This document shows positions 1-10,829 of a stretch of 64,000 bases of DNA, piece by piece; position 1 is the stretch's first letter; every line of letters starts with the position of its first letter. The position numbers were made by a program, and so were the translations under genes. The stretch spans positions 64,001-128,000 of the forward strand of contig JAWXAQ010000015.1 of the NCBI GenBank assembly GCA_034439575.1. The letters run 5' to 3'. The DNA is from Leptospira sp. GTDB taxonomy: Bacteria; Spirochaetota; Leptospiria; Leptospirales; Leptospiraceae. Under the pieces are notes generated by a model that was not told where the DNA came from, made no database searches, and saw nothing but the letters and a program-made list of their open reading frames with translations.

Positions 1-635
1 TTTAAAGATGCGCCTGTTGTAAAGATATCATCTATGATCAAGATATGAAGTCCGTTCCAGGTTCTATCCTTTTTTATCAATTGGAACGCCTTTTTTGCAT
101 GTTGGAATCTTTCGAAGTAACTTTTGCCTGATTGTTTCTCTTGTGAGACCTTTTTGATCCCATTCATCTGCTTTATGTTCCATTTTTTGCAGAGTCGTCT
201 TAGAATTGCATCTGCTGGATGGTAATCTCGCCCAATTTTTAAATCCTTGGAGGGAAGGAGAAAAATTATATCTGGCTGATTTTTGAATTCATGAATTTTT
301 TTTGCGAAATCTAAGGCAAAGTACGTAGATAGAATCCGTTCATTTTGAAATTTGCAAAGTTGTAGCAATTTTCGCTCCCAACTCAAACGGATGCGCAAAG
401 ACACAACTTGCGAAAAGAAAACAAAACGTGAGGAACAATACTCACATTTTTCCGCCTCTGCCGTCATTATCTGCGAACAAATTTCGCAAACATTGTCCAT
501 GGTTTTTTCTTTTTGAACTTTTCTTTGTTTCCTAATACAAGGAAGACAAACACCAAATCGATGTGAGTGGGTATCAATTTTGGAACAGACTAAACATGGT
601 TGGGAATAAAAAAAAGATAAAATTCGGAGAAACAT
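1..635 (-). CDS. comF: ComF family protein (Cys-rich zinc ribbon + phosphoribosyltransferase domain), truncated at window edge
   Basis: Hand translation from ATG at 635: MFLRILSFFYSQPCLVCSKIDTHSHRFGVCLPC... and, near the window edge, GLHILIIDDIFTTGASL (PRT motif). Not in the ORF track because the stop lies outside the window. Confidence 0.85.
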   Translation of the reverse strand, partial: MFLRILSFFYSQPCLVCSKIDTHSHRFGVCLPCIRKQRKVQKEKTMDNVCEICSQIMTAEAEKCEYCSSRFVFFSQVVSLRIRLSWERKLLQLCKFQNERILSTYFALDFAKKIHEFKNQPDIIFLLPSKDLKIGRDYHPADAILRRLCKKWNIKQMNGIKKVSQEKQSGKSYFERFQHAKKAFQLIKKDRTWNGLHILIIDDIFTTGASL

Positions 636-658
636 AGGTGCCTCTCCGAAAAAGGTCA

Positions 659-679
659 GGAACCGATGGTTTCGGTTCC
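659..679 (-). terminator. Hairpin, probable terminator of the OmpL47-like gene
   Basis: GGAACCGA-tggtt-TCGGTTCC inverted repeat 16 nt downstream of the stop at 696. Confidence 0.5.
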
Positions 680-695
680 CTATATGTTTATAAAA

Positions 696-1790
696 CTATT
701 CTGCTGGAGTGGTAGTCGTTGCAGGAGCTGGTTCAGTTTTTGTTGGCTCAGCCATTTTGTCTGATTTTTGAATGACAGAAGATGGAGGAGTCAAATCAAC
801 ATTGAACTTAAGTTCTACGACATCAGATTGGTTTCCAACGTTATCAACTGCGATCGCGCGAAGAACGTGCTCACCTTGTGCTTCTACCGTAAGTCCCTCA
901 ATGTAAGGTCTAAATTCTGCTTCTGCATCAAGTTTGATTAGTATTTTTTTAACACCAGATTCTTTGTCATAAGCATTCACATGAAAAACATTTCCACGTT
1001 TTGCGAAAGCCTTTCCATTGATATCTACTAATGGTAAAGAAGGAACGATTTCTACAGTCGGCTTCATATCGTCTACAGAAATGATAAGTGAAGATTCTGG
1101 AGAAGAATTTCCTGATTTATCAGTTGCAGTATATTTAATGATATTAGAACCACCTTTTTCAAGTTTGATGGGCTCTGCGTATTTTTTTCCCGCTTCTGAG
1201 TTGATGCTGTATTGAATGACTTCAACACCAGTTTGTTTGTCTTCGGCTACGATAGAATAAGTATTGTTTTTAGAAGTATAAGGAACTCCATCTAACACAA
1301 AAAATTGTTCAGAAGGAACCAAAGATACGTGAGGTGCAGAATTATCTACAAAGATGACAAGAACTTTTGGTGTCTCTGCGTTTCCAGCTTTGTCTACAGA
1401 ACGATAATGGATTTCAGTAGCACCTTCTTCTGATAAACGGATAGGTTGAGTGAATCTTCTGAACTCACCATTTTTTGGTTTCCATTCGATATAGTCAATT
1501 GATGAAGAATCATCTTTTGCTTCTAATGTAAAAGCAGTCTTACTTGTAATGAAAAGAGTTTCTTTATTTGCAGTAGCAACAGTTCCAGATTCTTTTTTAT
1601 TCCCAAGAAGGTCTTTAACAACCTCTTCCCCTTTATCTACATTTGTTTTGATGCCGTCAGATGTCGCTTCCGTCTTCTTCACTGCCGAGTCATTCGTAGA
1701 TGTATTCGCTTCTGGTTCAGCCGATTGTGCTGAAAGTTGGCCAACTAATAATAGTGTTAAAATGGCCAAAGTATATTTGTGCGCCTGCAT
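696..1790 (-). CDS. ompL47: OmpL47-like exported protein with repeated Ig-like/beta-rich modules
   Basis: Signal peptide; three repeats of Y.(S/A).D..GN.(E/S) (YRSVDKAGN, YTATDKSGN, AIAVDNVGN). Confidence 0.7.
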   Translation of the reverse strand: MQAHKYTLAILTLLLVGQLSAQSAEPEANTSTNDSAVKKTEATSDGIKTNVDKGEEVVKDLLGNKKESGTVATANKETLFITSKTAFTLEAKDDSSSIDYIEWKPKNGEFRRFTQPIRLSEEGATEIHYRSVDKAGNAETPKVLVIFVDNSAPHVSLVPSEQFFVLDGVPYTSKNNTYSIVAEDKQTGVEVIQYSINSEAGKKYAEPIKLEKGGSNIIKYTATDKSGNSSPESSLIISVDDMKPTVEIVPSLPLVDINGKAFAKRGNVFHVNAYDKESGVKKILIKLDAEAEFRPYIEGLTVEAQGEHVLRAIAVDNVGNQSDVVELKFNVDLTPPSSVIQKSDKMAEPTKTEPAPATTTTPAE

Positions 1791-1854
1791 TATTTAGATT
1801 CTCCTTTTTACCGATAAAACATATATATCCTCTCTGTAAGGATTTATTGTCAAC

Positions 1855-2490
1855 TTGATTGCACTTAGAAACATTACTTTCCTGAGCATTTTTCTCATTC
1901 AAATCCACTTTCTGCGAGCGGAGGTGATTGTTTGGAAAGAGATCTCCTTAGAAAATTTTGAAGAGGTTACCTTTTCAAAAGCGAACGTTCATACGAAATT
2001 AGAAAAGGATACACCTCTGCCTGATTTATCCCTTTCCAAAAATTTCACGGCACCAATCCCCGCATCCAAACAAGCATTGGTCCTGAGAGTGCCAAAACAG
2101 GCAAATTTCCCTTTCGCAGTTTATTTTCCAAACCCTATCAAATTACAGGGATTTGTAAAAGAAATTCGCATTCCCATTTATTCTTCCCAATCTATTGGAA
2201 ACCTAACATTGATTGTAGAAAACCAGGACTATGAAACTAGACAATTGGCGGTTACTTCCCTAAATTATCGGGGGTGGAAAAATTGTGTTGTACCATTTGC
2301 GCGAGCTTTTGATCAGAATGACCGCATTTTTTTGCAAGGCTCAAATATTCGTTTAATTGGCTTCTTTTATTTACCAAATGAAAACAATGCGAGTAGCCAA
2401 GAAGTTCTACTTGCGATCGACGATATAACTGCTATAGTACGGGACAAATATAGACCCCTCAGAAATAAAGAAATCTTGTTAGAGGATTGA
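1855..2490 (+). CDS. FlaA-like (flagellar filament outer layer) domain protein
   Basis: Signal peptide; SLENFE, PIKLQGFVKEIRI, LNYRGWK and IDDITAI motifs resemble spirochete FlaA domain. Confidence 0.6.
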   Translation: MIALRNITFLSIFLIQIHFLRAEVIVWKEISLENFEEVTFSKANVHTKLEKDTPLPDLSLSKNFTAPIPASKQALVLRVPKQANFPFAVYFPNPIKLQGFVKEIRIPIYSSQSIGNLTLIVENQDYETRQLAVTSLNYRGWKNCVVPFARAFDQNDRIFLQGSNIRLIGFFYLPNENNASSQEVLLAIDDITAIVRDKYRPLRNKEILLED

Positions 2491-2569
2491 TGTTTTTAAG
2501 ATCTTTTCTCAAAAATTCATTCTAAAAATCTCTTTTCATTACAACCTAGCCCTTAATCCTGATCTATAA

Positions 2570-3025
2570 ATGAATCTTGAACTATCCCTTGAGCAATACG
2601 AAACTCTGCTAAAACTAGTCTACATGGGGGATTGGGTTATTTCCACTTTACAGGCCAAAGAAAGAGCCGAAGAAGATTCAGATAATGATTCCAGATACGC
2701 AGAAGTTGTTAGGCATATATTTAATCATGCCGAGGCGGCAGGCCTTGGCAATATTGTTCAGATTGATCAAAACAATGGTGAACCTTACTTAACTCGTGAA
2801 TTCGAAGAAGAAAGCGGACTCGTCGATATTTTAGAAGATTATGAAGATGAAGTGTTTTGGCAGTCATTAATCGAAAGACTCGCTCATAGAGATTTTATTC
2901 GCCACTTTGGGGAATCCGCGATTTCTGAAATGGCAATCGAAGAACGCATCGAAAAGGAAACTCCTTTCCATGATACTTGGGCAACAGAATTTCACGACAA
3001 TGGTATGGAAAATTTAAAAGTCTGA
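2570..3025 (+). CDS. Acidic hypothetical protein
   Basis: 151-aa ORF with normal composition, no overlap conflict. Confidence 0.75.
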   Translation: MNLELSLEQYETLLKLVYMGDWVISTLQAKERAEEDSDNDSRYAEVVRHIFNHAEAAGLGNIVQIDQNNGEPYLTREFEEESGLVDILEDYEDEVFWQSLIERLAHRDFIRHFGESAISEMAIEERIEKETPFHDTWATEFHDNGMENLKV

Positions 3026-3166
3026 ATGAGTTTTAAATTCCATAGCCAATTTCTTAAATAATTAACTACTTTTTCAATTTGCAATAGATCAATAGAAGAC
3101 TCTATTCGATTTGTGAATACGAATAAAGTCTATTGAAAATGTTAAGACAAATTCTCAATTAAAAGT

Positions 3167-3754
3167 CTATTGTTCACCTAATTCTTGCAAAATGTATGTT
3201 GCGACTCTAGTTCCAGCAGCATCCCCAACATCTCTCGTTGTACCAGCAAAAGCAGAACCGCCAGATGAAACTTCTTCAAGATTGAATTCTGCGACCACTG
3301 CTTTCGATTTGATTTCAATAATTCTACCAACACCTTCTAATTTTGCTCTTCCAGCCATGGCACCAATTGCCTGTCTATTGAATGCGCTAACTTCAACGAT
3401 TTTAGTAAATTCGATTTCAATGTTATATTTACAAGCAGGGCTACATTTTTCATCAGATTTGAAAAATTTTGTCTTAACTGCTGTTCTGAGTTTTTCAAAA
3501 AGTTTAGATTCAAATAAATTCAAAGCTGTTTGCGTTTCAGATGAGCCAGCCAATTTTGTTGAGATTAAAAAAACCTGAAGGTTTTCGGTATTCGTTGGTT
3601 TTAGAGTATTCGCTTTTACTTGCGTGATAGTGCCACTGCCAGAGCAGTTAAATAAAGCGGAAATTAATACTAAGGTAAAGACACTTATCTTTATTTTTTT
3701 TATCATTTTTTGTTCCTTTGCAATATTTGGATTATTTGCCAAATAGTTAGTCAT
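3167..3754 (-). CDS. Putative lipoprotein (DUF4410-like)
   Basis: Lipobox-like LFNC after hydrophobic stretch (true start probably at MIKKIK); GAMAGRA motif. Confidence 0.6.
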   Translation of the reverse strand: MTNYLANNPNIAKEQKMIKKIKISVFTLVLISALFNCSGSGTITQVKANTLKPTNTENLQVFLISTKLAGSSETQTALNLFESKLFEKLRTAVKTKFFKSDEKCSPACKYNIEIEFTKIVEVSAFNRQAIGAMAGRAKLEGVGRIIEIKSKAVVAEFNLEEVSSGGSAFAGTTRDVGDAAGTRVATYILQELGEQ

Positions 3755-3851
3755 AAATTTATATTTCCATGTTCATATGCAACGAAATAACAGTTATAAG
3801 TTGGTTTTTGTAAAAAAAAATAAATGACGGAAGGACTGATCAAGTCGGCCC

Positions 3852-5405
3852 CTAGTTTCCCTTAATTACTTTAGGCCAAAGAAGTTTATCTTCTCTTAGT
3901 TTTTTCTTTTCTAAAATTTCCGACAACCGATACCGAATCACCATATCAATTCTTTCCTTAGCGATGGGTGAAAGATTACCAAAAGAATCTCGAAGTCCCC
4001 CATCTAACATCGCAATCAAGAGTGAATCATAGGTCTTACTCGCCAGAAATTCACCATCATCTTTTTTCAAAGATTTAATTTTTGACCATTCGGCAATAGC
4101 CTCATTGAGCAATTTTTCATCACCTCGATACATTCCAGATTCCCAAAGGATTCTCCCTTTTTCAAAGTAAGCATCACTAAGTCTATACCCGCCAGGAGTA
4201 TTCGCGATCAATGTATCCATCATTTGCAAACGTTTGGTGGCATACGCGCGCTCTACATCTTTTGCATTTCGAATTTGTTTTTGTTTTAAAATGGGTTTAT
4301 ATTTTTCAACAACACGACGAATCGTCTCATATCGAATCGTTTTTTTCTGTTCATCGGTCGCCGCATTGAGTAATGCCAAACTTTTGAAATATTCATTTAA
4401 AGCCCTTGCTTGAATATCGTAAATATTCTCGAGAGTGAATAAAATTTCAGTACCGACTTTGGTTCCCAAATTTTGAGAAAGCAAAGCCATCATTTGTTTT
4501 AGAAAATCTTCCTTATTTAGATTTTCTTGAAAATAATCGATAACAAAGTAACTTGGATCACCACTGAAATTATAGGCTAATCTTTGTAAGTTTTCATAAT
4601 ATAGATCTCTTACAAAGGAAGAAAGATCCCCTTTGTTTGGATCATAACCCATAAATTTTGAAATAAATTCCTCTAGTTGTTTTTCTTTCTTATATTTTAA
4701 AGTTTTATCAAGATACTGACTTCTGTCAGGTTTTCCCATCTGCAAGGGATTTCTTGGTGGCCTTTCGCCTTCTAGAGATAACTTCATTGTGATAGGTGGA
4801 GACTCGTCGTCTCCTTTACGAAATTCTTCTATGATCCGATTTCTTTCTTTATGAACTGCTAAATTGTCTTCTGCTTCTTCTAAATCAACTTTGAATGGAT
4901 CACGAATTGTTGGTAAGGTGGGAAAAACTTCTTTAACTATGATATCTTCATATTCGCGATTTCTACGAATGTAGGAATCAGTAACACCCGAATTTGGAAA
5001 TATATTTTCGAAATCATTTTTGAAATTTTTTCTTAAATCAGATGTGGATTCTAAATCTTTTACAAGTTTATCCCAAGTTCCGCCCTCGTATTTTCCTTTG
5101 GCAAAACCATCTGTTTTTCCTTTTTCACCTTGGCCTTCTTCTTTCCCCTCTTCTCCTTCACTATCCTTTCCAAAAGAATCTCCGTCTCCTTTTGATTTGG
5201 AAAACTCAAAGCTCAGTTCAGATTCAGATTCTTCCTCTGTCTCATAAATCCAAGGAGGACCGCAATACAAAGTTCGATACATCGAGTCCGAAGAATTAAA
5301 CGAATAAATTAAAAATGAAGTGTGGAATGCTAACGAAAGATAAATGGCAATCGCTAACCGATATTGAAAAATAATTTTAGCGAGATTTCCAAACATAAAT
5401 ACCAA
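3852..5405 (-). CDS. Membrane-anchored hypothetical protein with Gly/Glu-rich linker and TPR-like C-terminus
   Basis: 517-aa ORF overlapping the lnt stop; N-terminal TM; DAYFEKGRILW TPR-like segment. Confidence 0.7.
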   Translation of the reverse strand: MVFMFGNLAKIIFQYRLAIAIYLSLAFHTSFLIYSFNSSDSMYRTLYCGPPWIYETEEESESELSFEFSKSKGDGDSFGKDSEGEEGKEEGQGEKGKTDGFAKGKYEGGTWDKLVKDLESTSDLRKNFKNDFENIFPNSGVTDSYIRRNREYEDIIVKEVFPTLPTIRDPFKVDLEEAEDNLAVHKERNRIIEEFRKGDDESPPITMKLSLEGERPPRNPLQMGKPDRSQYLDKTLKYKKEKQLEEFISKFMGYDPNKGDLSSFVRDLYYENLQRLAYNFSGDPSYFVIDYFQENLNKEDFLKQMMALLSQNLGTKVGTEILFTLENIYDIQARALNEYFKSLALLNAATDEQKKTIRYETIRRVVEKYKPILKQKQIRNAKDVERAYATKRLQMMDTLIANTPGGYRLSDAYFEKGRILWESGMYRGDEKLLNEAIAEWSKIKSLKKDDGEFLASKTYDSLLIAMLDGGLRDSFGNLSPIAKERIDMVIRYRLSEILEKKKLREDKLLWPKVIKGN

Positions 5406-7161
5406 AAACGATCGCAGATAAAATTAAAAAACTCCAAGGCAACAAATTTCCAAAACGACGATAGAATGTTTGATAGCCTGGAATAATAGCAACTGTTCCG
5501 TGAAGAATCGCACTACTTTCTAAAGGAGTAAATTCATTATTAATATTTCTTCCCAAATGATCAGTAAAAACGGATGTGCCAGAATTTGTGGATCGAACTA
5601 GCCATTTACGAAATTCAATAGCTCTCATCCTACCCAAAGTATGGTGTTGGTATGATTCAAGGGTATCACCATACCACTTATCGTTTGTTACATTGACAAT
5701 GAAATCTGGATCCCCTTGAAATAACCTAACAAATTCAGGAATGATCACTTCATAACAAATCAAAGGCAAAAAAGTACCGCTTTGCTTTTCTTCTGTTTTG
5801 TGAGATAAATAATATTCTGATACCGATGTGGGATTGAAATATTCTAAATCATTCCAATGCAGTGGACTCACAGAATCAGGTTTCGAATGGTCTGTATCAA
5901 AATATTTGATCAATTCTAAGGAAGTTCCCGGTGCGAACTTTCCCGTCTGGCCGCTCAAAGCATACATCCATTCAAATGGCATATACTCACCAAAAATTAA
6001 TAAAAAAACTTTTTGGTAACTTCCTCGCCTTTCGCCATTCGGGTTTAAAAGCGCAGAGGAATTATAAGTTACAAGATTTGATCTGGATTTAAAACTATTT
6101 TCAAAACCCATATCCAATTCGTTAAAATAGACATTAGCTTTGTGACGCAAAGCAAGAACTTTCATGAAAGTTTCAAATTTTTCCCAATATACCCCTGCAT
6201 ATTTCGTAGCTTCATGGTTATGCGTAGAAAAAAATGGAACGCCTGATTCTGGTAAGACGATTAAATCAAGTTTATGATCTTTGCCACCGCGAGTTGTCAA
6301 GTCATCAATACGAAGCATCAAATTGTTAATTTCTTCGGCCACACTACGACCATCTCGAAATTCTAAGGGGGCATTTGGTTGAACGATTAATACTTCCTTA
6401 GTCCCAATTGGTTTGACGCTATCCCATTTCTGAAAAAGATAAAATCCATTCACCCAATAAAATAAAAATATTACTAATACACTCGAAATTCCAAACATAA
6501 CTTTTCGATTTCGATAGATCTTCACTTTTCGTTCGTGATTCGATTTAACTCTTTTGAACCTACGAATAAGTATTTGTATTCTTTTTGGATTTCGAAACTG
6601 AAATAATAAGTAGGAAAATAAAAATAATAGAAACGTTAAACCATATGCACTCGCATATTCAGCGTTTTGTGCAAGAATAGGATTTTCTGCAACCACACTA
6701 CCAAAATACCAAGGAAACACTTGGGGAGTAAAAAATTCTGCGAATAATATAGAGAAACTAGCAAGCCATGGAAAGTATTTACCAACGCGAATTGCCAAAA
6801 AAGAAAATGTTAATAAAAATAAAGGAAATTTTAAATTTAGAAATATAGCAGATAATCCAAAAATCGGGGCTGCCAAGTACCAATCAAAGCCACCAAACAC
6901 AGTCACCATATAATAAATCCAGTGAAAGGAAATAGTATAAAAAAGAATGGCAAATCCAAATCCGTGATAGATAAGTTTTTTCCATTCTCCACGGTATTTT
7001 TTTTCTATATAAAAAAGACCTAATGGAGACAACCAAACAAAATAGGAGAGAGAATATGGAGCAAATGCTAACTGTGCAAAAACAGCCGTGCTCGTATAAC
7101 AGAGTATGGCGACGAATCCTTCCTTTGAAAATAAAAAACGAAAGAGGTTTTTCATACGCAC
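5377..7161 (-). CDS. lnt: Apolipoprotein N-acyltransferase
   Basis: VQPN, LPES, YQKVFLLIFGEYMPF, LICYE, VTNDKWYG, RSTNSGTS nitrilase-fold motifs. Confidence 0.95.
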   Translation of the reverse strand: MRMKNLFRFLFSKEGFVAILCYTSTAVFAQLAFAPYSLSYFVWLSPLGLFYIEKKYRGEWKKLIYHGFGFAILFYTISFHWIYYMVTVFGGFDWYLAAPIFGLSAIFLNLKFPLFLLTFSFLAIRVGKYFPWLASFSILFAEFFTPQVFPWYFGSVVAENPILAQNAEYASAYGLTFLLFLFSYLLFQFRNPKRIQILIRRFKRVKSNHERKVKIYRNRKVMFGISSVLVIFLFYWVNGFYLFQKWDSVKPIGTKEVLIVQPNAPLEFRDGRSVAEEINNLMLRIDDLTTRGGKDHKLDLIVLPESGVPFFSTHNHEATKYAGVYWEKFETFMKVLALRHKANVYFNELDMGFENSFKSRSNLVTYNSSALLNPNGERRGSYQKVFLLIFGEYMPFEWMYALSGQTGKFAPGTSLELIKYFDTDHSKPDSVSPLHWNDLEYFNPTSVSEYYLSHKTEEKQSGTFLPLICYEVIIPEFVRLFQGDPDFIVNVTNDKWYGDTLESYQHHTLGRMRAIEFRKWLVRSTNSGTSVFTDHLGRNINNEFTPLESSAILHGTVAIIPGYQTFYRRFGNLLPWSFLILSAIVFGIYVWKSR

Positions 7162-7180
7162 ATACCCTAAATCAAAATCA

Positions 7181-8218
7181 TTACGATTTGTTGTAGTTAT
7201 TGTTACCGTTTTGTACTTTTGTAAAAATCATTTTTCCAGCAGCTGTTTGGATGATAGAAGTTACGACAACTCGTACTTCTTTGCTTACCAAATGCCCACC
7301 GTTTTCAATGACTACCATAGTGCCATCTTCCAAATAACCGATTCCTTGGTTTTCATCCTTTCCTTCTTTGATGACGGAAATAGGAAATTCTTCCCCAGGA
7401 AGTACGACAGGTTTCAATGCATTCGCTAAATTATTTAAATTTAATACGCGAACACCTTGTAACTCAGCCACCTTATTTAAGTTAAAGTCATTTGTCACTA
7501 CAGCCGCACCCGTATCACGTGCCAATTTTACTAACTTAGCATCGACTTCACGAGTATCAGAATAATCTGTATAAGTAATTTTTACTTCAATCGAACCTTT
7601 TCTTTGGAGTTTGTTTAACATTTCCAAACCACGTCGCCCGCGGGCTCGTTTGATAGGATCTGAGGAATCAGAGATTAACTGGATTTCACGTAACACAAAG
7701 TTTGGTAAAATCAAAGGACCATCCAAAAAATGCGTATCTGCAATATCTAAAATCCGTCCATCGATCACGACAGATGTATCTAGAATTTTTTCTTTGATAT
7801 GGCTATTTGGAGTGTCAATGCCAGGTAAGGAAAATGCAGATCCCGGAGCACCTGACCCACCACCAAAAATGGCAAGACCTGGGCGCACAGCAAAGCTAAC
7901 TCCCGTTTTCACACCTGTCACAAAAAATAAGAATATGAGAGTGATCCCATAAGCTCGGTATCCGTATTCAGAAAGTAAACTAGCAGGATAACCCGCGATC
8001 GCAATTCCCAACAAACCAAAAAGTGCTCCAAGGAGGATTACATCTGCTTTGAGTTCTGGAAAAAGTTTTTTTTCTCCAAATGCGAGAAATATCGCATAGA
8101 GAAGGACAATACCCGACAGGGAAAGCGCAAGAATTAGATTCTGGGATTCCGAGTAGAGAAAGAAAAATGACGCCAAACCGACTACAATCGAGCCGATGGC
8201 TGCAAGGAGGTGTTTCAT
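7181..8218 (-). CDS. PIN/TRAM domain membrane protein (YacL family)
   Basis: [51 protein letters not shown]. Confidence 0.93.
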   Translation of the reverse strand: MKHLLAAIGSIVVGLASFFFLYSESQNLILALSLSGIVLLYAIFLAFGEKKLFPELKADVILLGALFGLLGIAIAGYPASLLSEYGYRAYGITLIFLFFVTGVKTGVSFAVRPGLAIFGGGSGAPGSAFSLPGIDTPNSHIKEKILDTSVVIDGRILDIADTHFLDGPLILPNFVLREIQLISDSSDPIKRARGRRGLEMLNKLQRKGSIEVKITYTDYSDTREVDAKLVKLARDTGAAVVTNDFNLNKVAELQGVRVLNLNNLANALKPVVLPGEEFPISVIKEGKDENQGIGYLEDGTMVVIENGGHLVSKEVRVVVTSIIQTAAGKMIFTKVQNGNNNYNKS

Positions 8219-8262
8219 GACTCAAACCTTTTTAGCCAAAAATTTGAGTAACTACGGAAGAT

Positions 8263-8841
8263 CTATTCTAGATCAAGATCATCAACTTCTTTAGGAGGAG
8301 GCGGAGGTGCAAGGCCCTGAACAGAAGCCGCTAATACGTCGGAAACGATGTTTCCTGCTTCTTCCTGGGGAACGCCTTTGCTAAGTGCAATTTCCATCTT
8401 TACTAAATTATATGCGCTCTCATAGAGCTTCCTCTCCATAATGGAGAGTTCTTTGCCATAGGCACGTTTGTAAAGATTTCGGCAAACATCTGCTACCTCA
8501 AAAATAGAACCAGATTTGATCTTGTTCATATTGTTCTGATAGCGAACCTTCCAATCTTCTTCCGTATCGATTTCATCCTTTTTGAGGAGAGTGAGAACTT
8601 TTTTGATCTCTTTTTTATCAATAATCGACCGGATGCCAACATCAATCGCACGTCCTACTGGGATGGAAACCTTCATCTTGGAACCTTGAATTTCCATGAT
8701 GTAACAATCCATTTTCTTTCCCAGAATCAACTTTTTGCCGACTTCTGTGACTTCGCCTACTCCATGGATGGGATAGACTACATAGTCTCCCACCTTGAAT
8801 TTAGGCCCTGTACCTTTTTCAGTTAATTTTTTTATAGCCAA
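8263..8841 (-). CDS. carD: CarD family RNA polymerase-binding regulator
   Basis: [21 protein letters not shown]; adjacent to PIN/TRAM gene as in other bacteria. Confidence 0.93.
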   Translation of the reverse strand: MAIKKLTEKGTGPKFKVGDYVVYPIHGVGEVTEVGKKLILGKKMDCYIMEIQGSKMKVSIPVGRAIDVGIRSIIDKKEIKKVLTLLKKDEIDTEEDWKVRYQNNMNKIKSGSIFEVADVCRNLYKRAYGKELSIMERKLYESAYNLVKMEIALSKGVPQEEAGNIVSDVLAASVQGLAPPPPPKEVDDLDLE

Positions 8842-8925
8842 TTAAGTATAATAACTTCCGTAAATACTCTTAACTAGAGTATAACCCAGAAAATTGCGAA
8901 TGTCAAGGCAATAGGGAAAAATAGT

Positions 8926-9561
8926 TTAGAATCGAATTGTTTTTACCATCGCATCGCCTGCGTTTGGTAACTTTGTAGCTATTTTATCTAGGGCTTCTCT
9001 TGCATCTTCCATGCGGTAGAAATAACCAGCATACAATTTGCCAGCTGAAGTTCTAAAGATCCTTCCTTGTAAGCTTGGTTCTGTTTGTATCAATTGTTTA
9101 CCGACTTGAACTGCTTCTTCTGGGGAAAAATTTCCGATTTGGACCATATAATTAATTTGATCACTTTTGGGAGGGAACTTGAGTGTGGAAGGAAAAGGTG
9201 ATGCATCCGAACTCGCAGAATAACCACTATTATTCGTAGTTTGTGAATTAGAACTTTCTAAAGGACTATTTTGCGGTTCGAATTTTTGTGAACCAAGGCG
9301 AGAGGTTTTTCCAAGATTCGAAAATGATTTTTCTTGGTTCGTCTCAAATGCTTTTTCTTTTTGGTTTAATTGGATGCCGACGACCATTCCAGATGTAAAA
9401 AGTAAAATTGCACCAATCAGCAATATGAATGCAGACTTTGGTTTTTGGTTGGTTCTGTCAAAGACAGGTGACTGGTAATTTCCAGACTCAAATGATTCAG
9501 ACGGGTTCGGGGAATAACCTGAATTACCGCGGAGTCTACGTGAATAATCTATATTTTGCAT
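8926..9561 (-). CDS. Single-TM protein with C-terminal SPOR-like domain
   Basis: One TM, Ser/Asn-rich linker, YMVQIGNFS SPOR-like start. Confidence 0.6.
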   Translation of the reverse strand: MQNIDYSRRLRGNSGYSPNPSESFESGNYQSPVFDRTNQKPKSAFILLIGAILLFTSGMVVGIQLNQKEKAFETNQEKSFSNLGKTSRLGSQKFEPQNSPLESSNSQTTNNSGYSASSDASPFPSTLKFPPKSDQINYMVQIGNFSPEEAVQVGKQLIQTEPSLQGRIFRTSAGKLYAGYFYRMEDAREALDKIATKLPNAGDAMVKTIRF

Positions 9562-10146
9562 GGACTTTCAGAATCTCTTTTCTTAAAAGATCGGTTCAAA
9601 AAGTCCAAAAAACGAATGGTTTTTTTATTATTTACCCGAAATGACCTCAGTTTGTCCTTCCGGGAGGATATAATAGGATTCGCCATCCTTACCTATTTCC
9701 GTTCTCTCTGGTTTCGAACTTTTGATTGCTTGTTCTACAGTCGAGATCGGTAAAACTTTTGAAAATCCTAATCTTTTACCCGATTGCAAGTGGATTTTCC
9801 AAACTGCCATTATAAAGAGTTAATTTCTCTCGAAGATGAAAATTAGCAATGAGATCCTAACTTTGAGCACTAGATGTTATCTTCAATATAACTTCCGTTC
9901 CTTGATACCTATGAATTCTTCATCCACTTCCCAAACTACATTCAAAGGTAAATCGGATTTTGATTTTCCATTTTCAATTCTTTGAGTACTTTCATTCATC
10001 TGTTATATGTGATAAGTATAACAAAGAAACACCGACACATTTCGATTTGGAACCATCCAATCATCCATGCAAGTACAAACACGAATTTTGTGGGAAAATT
10101 TTGTCTGAAAATAGAAAAATTTAGAAAATATCCATCGATTTGCAAT

Positions 10147-10179
10147 AAAAAACCCGCTCAGTTTTTACTGAAGCGGGTT
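10147..10179 (-). terminator. Intrinsic terminator of the cox operon
   Basis: AACCCGCT-CAGT...ACTG-A-AGCGGGTT stem; A-tract on + strand gives a U-tail on -; about 35 nt after the subunit IV stop. Confidence 0.75.
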
Positions 10180-10214
10180 CATAATCCTAATAGATTTTAA
10201 CTTAATTTTGATTT

Positions 10215-10817
10215 TTAGAAATACTTTACGCCTTCAAACCCGAGTTCTGGGAGAATTCGTGTAACAATGTCACCCATTGTAAAAGCAAAAAGTAGAGCCA
10301 AAAATCCAAAAGCGGATAGGAAAATCACACGATTGAGCATGTTATCATACTTTAAGTGCATAAAGTAAGCTAATACGAAAAATGCTTTAACGGATGCAAC
10401 TGCCATAGCTACGACCATATTTAGTTTCCCTAAGTCCACATAAGAAACTAACACAGTGATTACGGTTCCAACAAAAAGGATTCCTAAAATGACAGCGTAA
10501 GTAAAAATAGAAATCACATGATGATCATGTTCCTCTTCTTCTTCACCGTCACCATCTTCCACCCACATCGAAGCAGAAGCATGGTCTTCTTTATGATCTT
10601 CTTCACCTAAAACAAACTTCAGGACTTTATTGTCTTTGTTTTGTTCTTTGAATTGGTTGAACCTGTCTGTTTGGAAGAATTGAGAAACCCAGTTCCAAAT
10701 AAATCCACCAATGGTGGCAGTCGCAATACCGGGAGCAAAAATCCCAAATCCCAAAATGGGAGTGAACACTGCCACTAGGGCAATAAAATAAAGTCCGTAA
10801 TTGATAACGTATTCCAT
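10215..10817 (-). CDS. ctaF: Cytochrome c oxidase subunit IV (caa3-type) with N-terminal extension
   Basis: VKAFFVLAYFMHLKYD signature; last gene of operon. Confidence 0.85.
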   Translation of the reverse strand: MEYVINYGLYFIALVAVFTPILGFGIFAPGIATATIGGFIWNWVSQFFQTDRFNQFKEQNKDNKVLKFVLGEEDHKEDHASASMWVEDGDGEEEEEHDHHVISIFTYAVILGILFVGTVITVLVSYVDLGKLNMVVAMAVASVKAFFVLAYFMHLKYDNMLNRVIFLSAFGFLALLFAFTMGDIVTRILPELGFEGVKYF

Positions 10818-10829
10818 AATACTTTCCTT

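Noticed and set aside
8296-8312. Poly-proline tract (APPPPPK) in the CarD tail
   Set aside because: Simple low-complexity C-terminal extension with no further supporting signal.
9628-10200. Short ORFs (60 aa on -, 65 and 72 aa on +) between the SPOR-like gene and the cox terminator
   Set aside because: No recognisable motif; upstream frames are closed by stops. The 60-aa - strand ORF may be real but cannot be supported.
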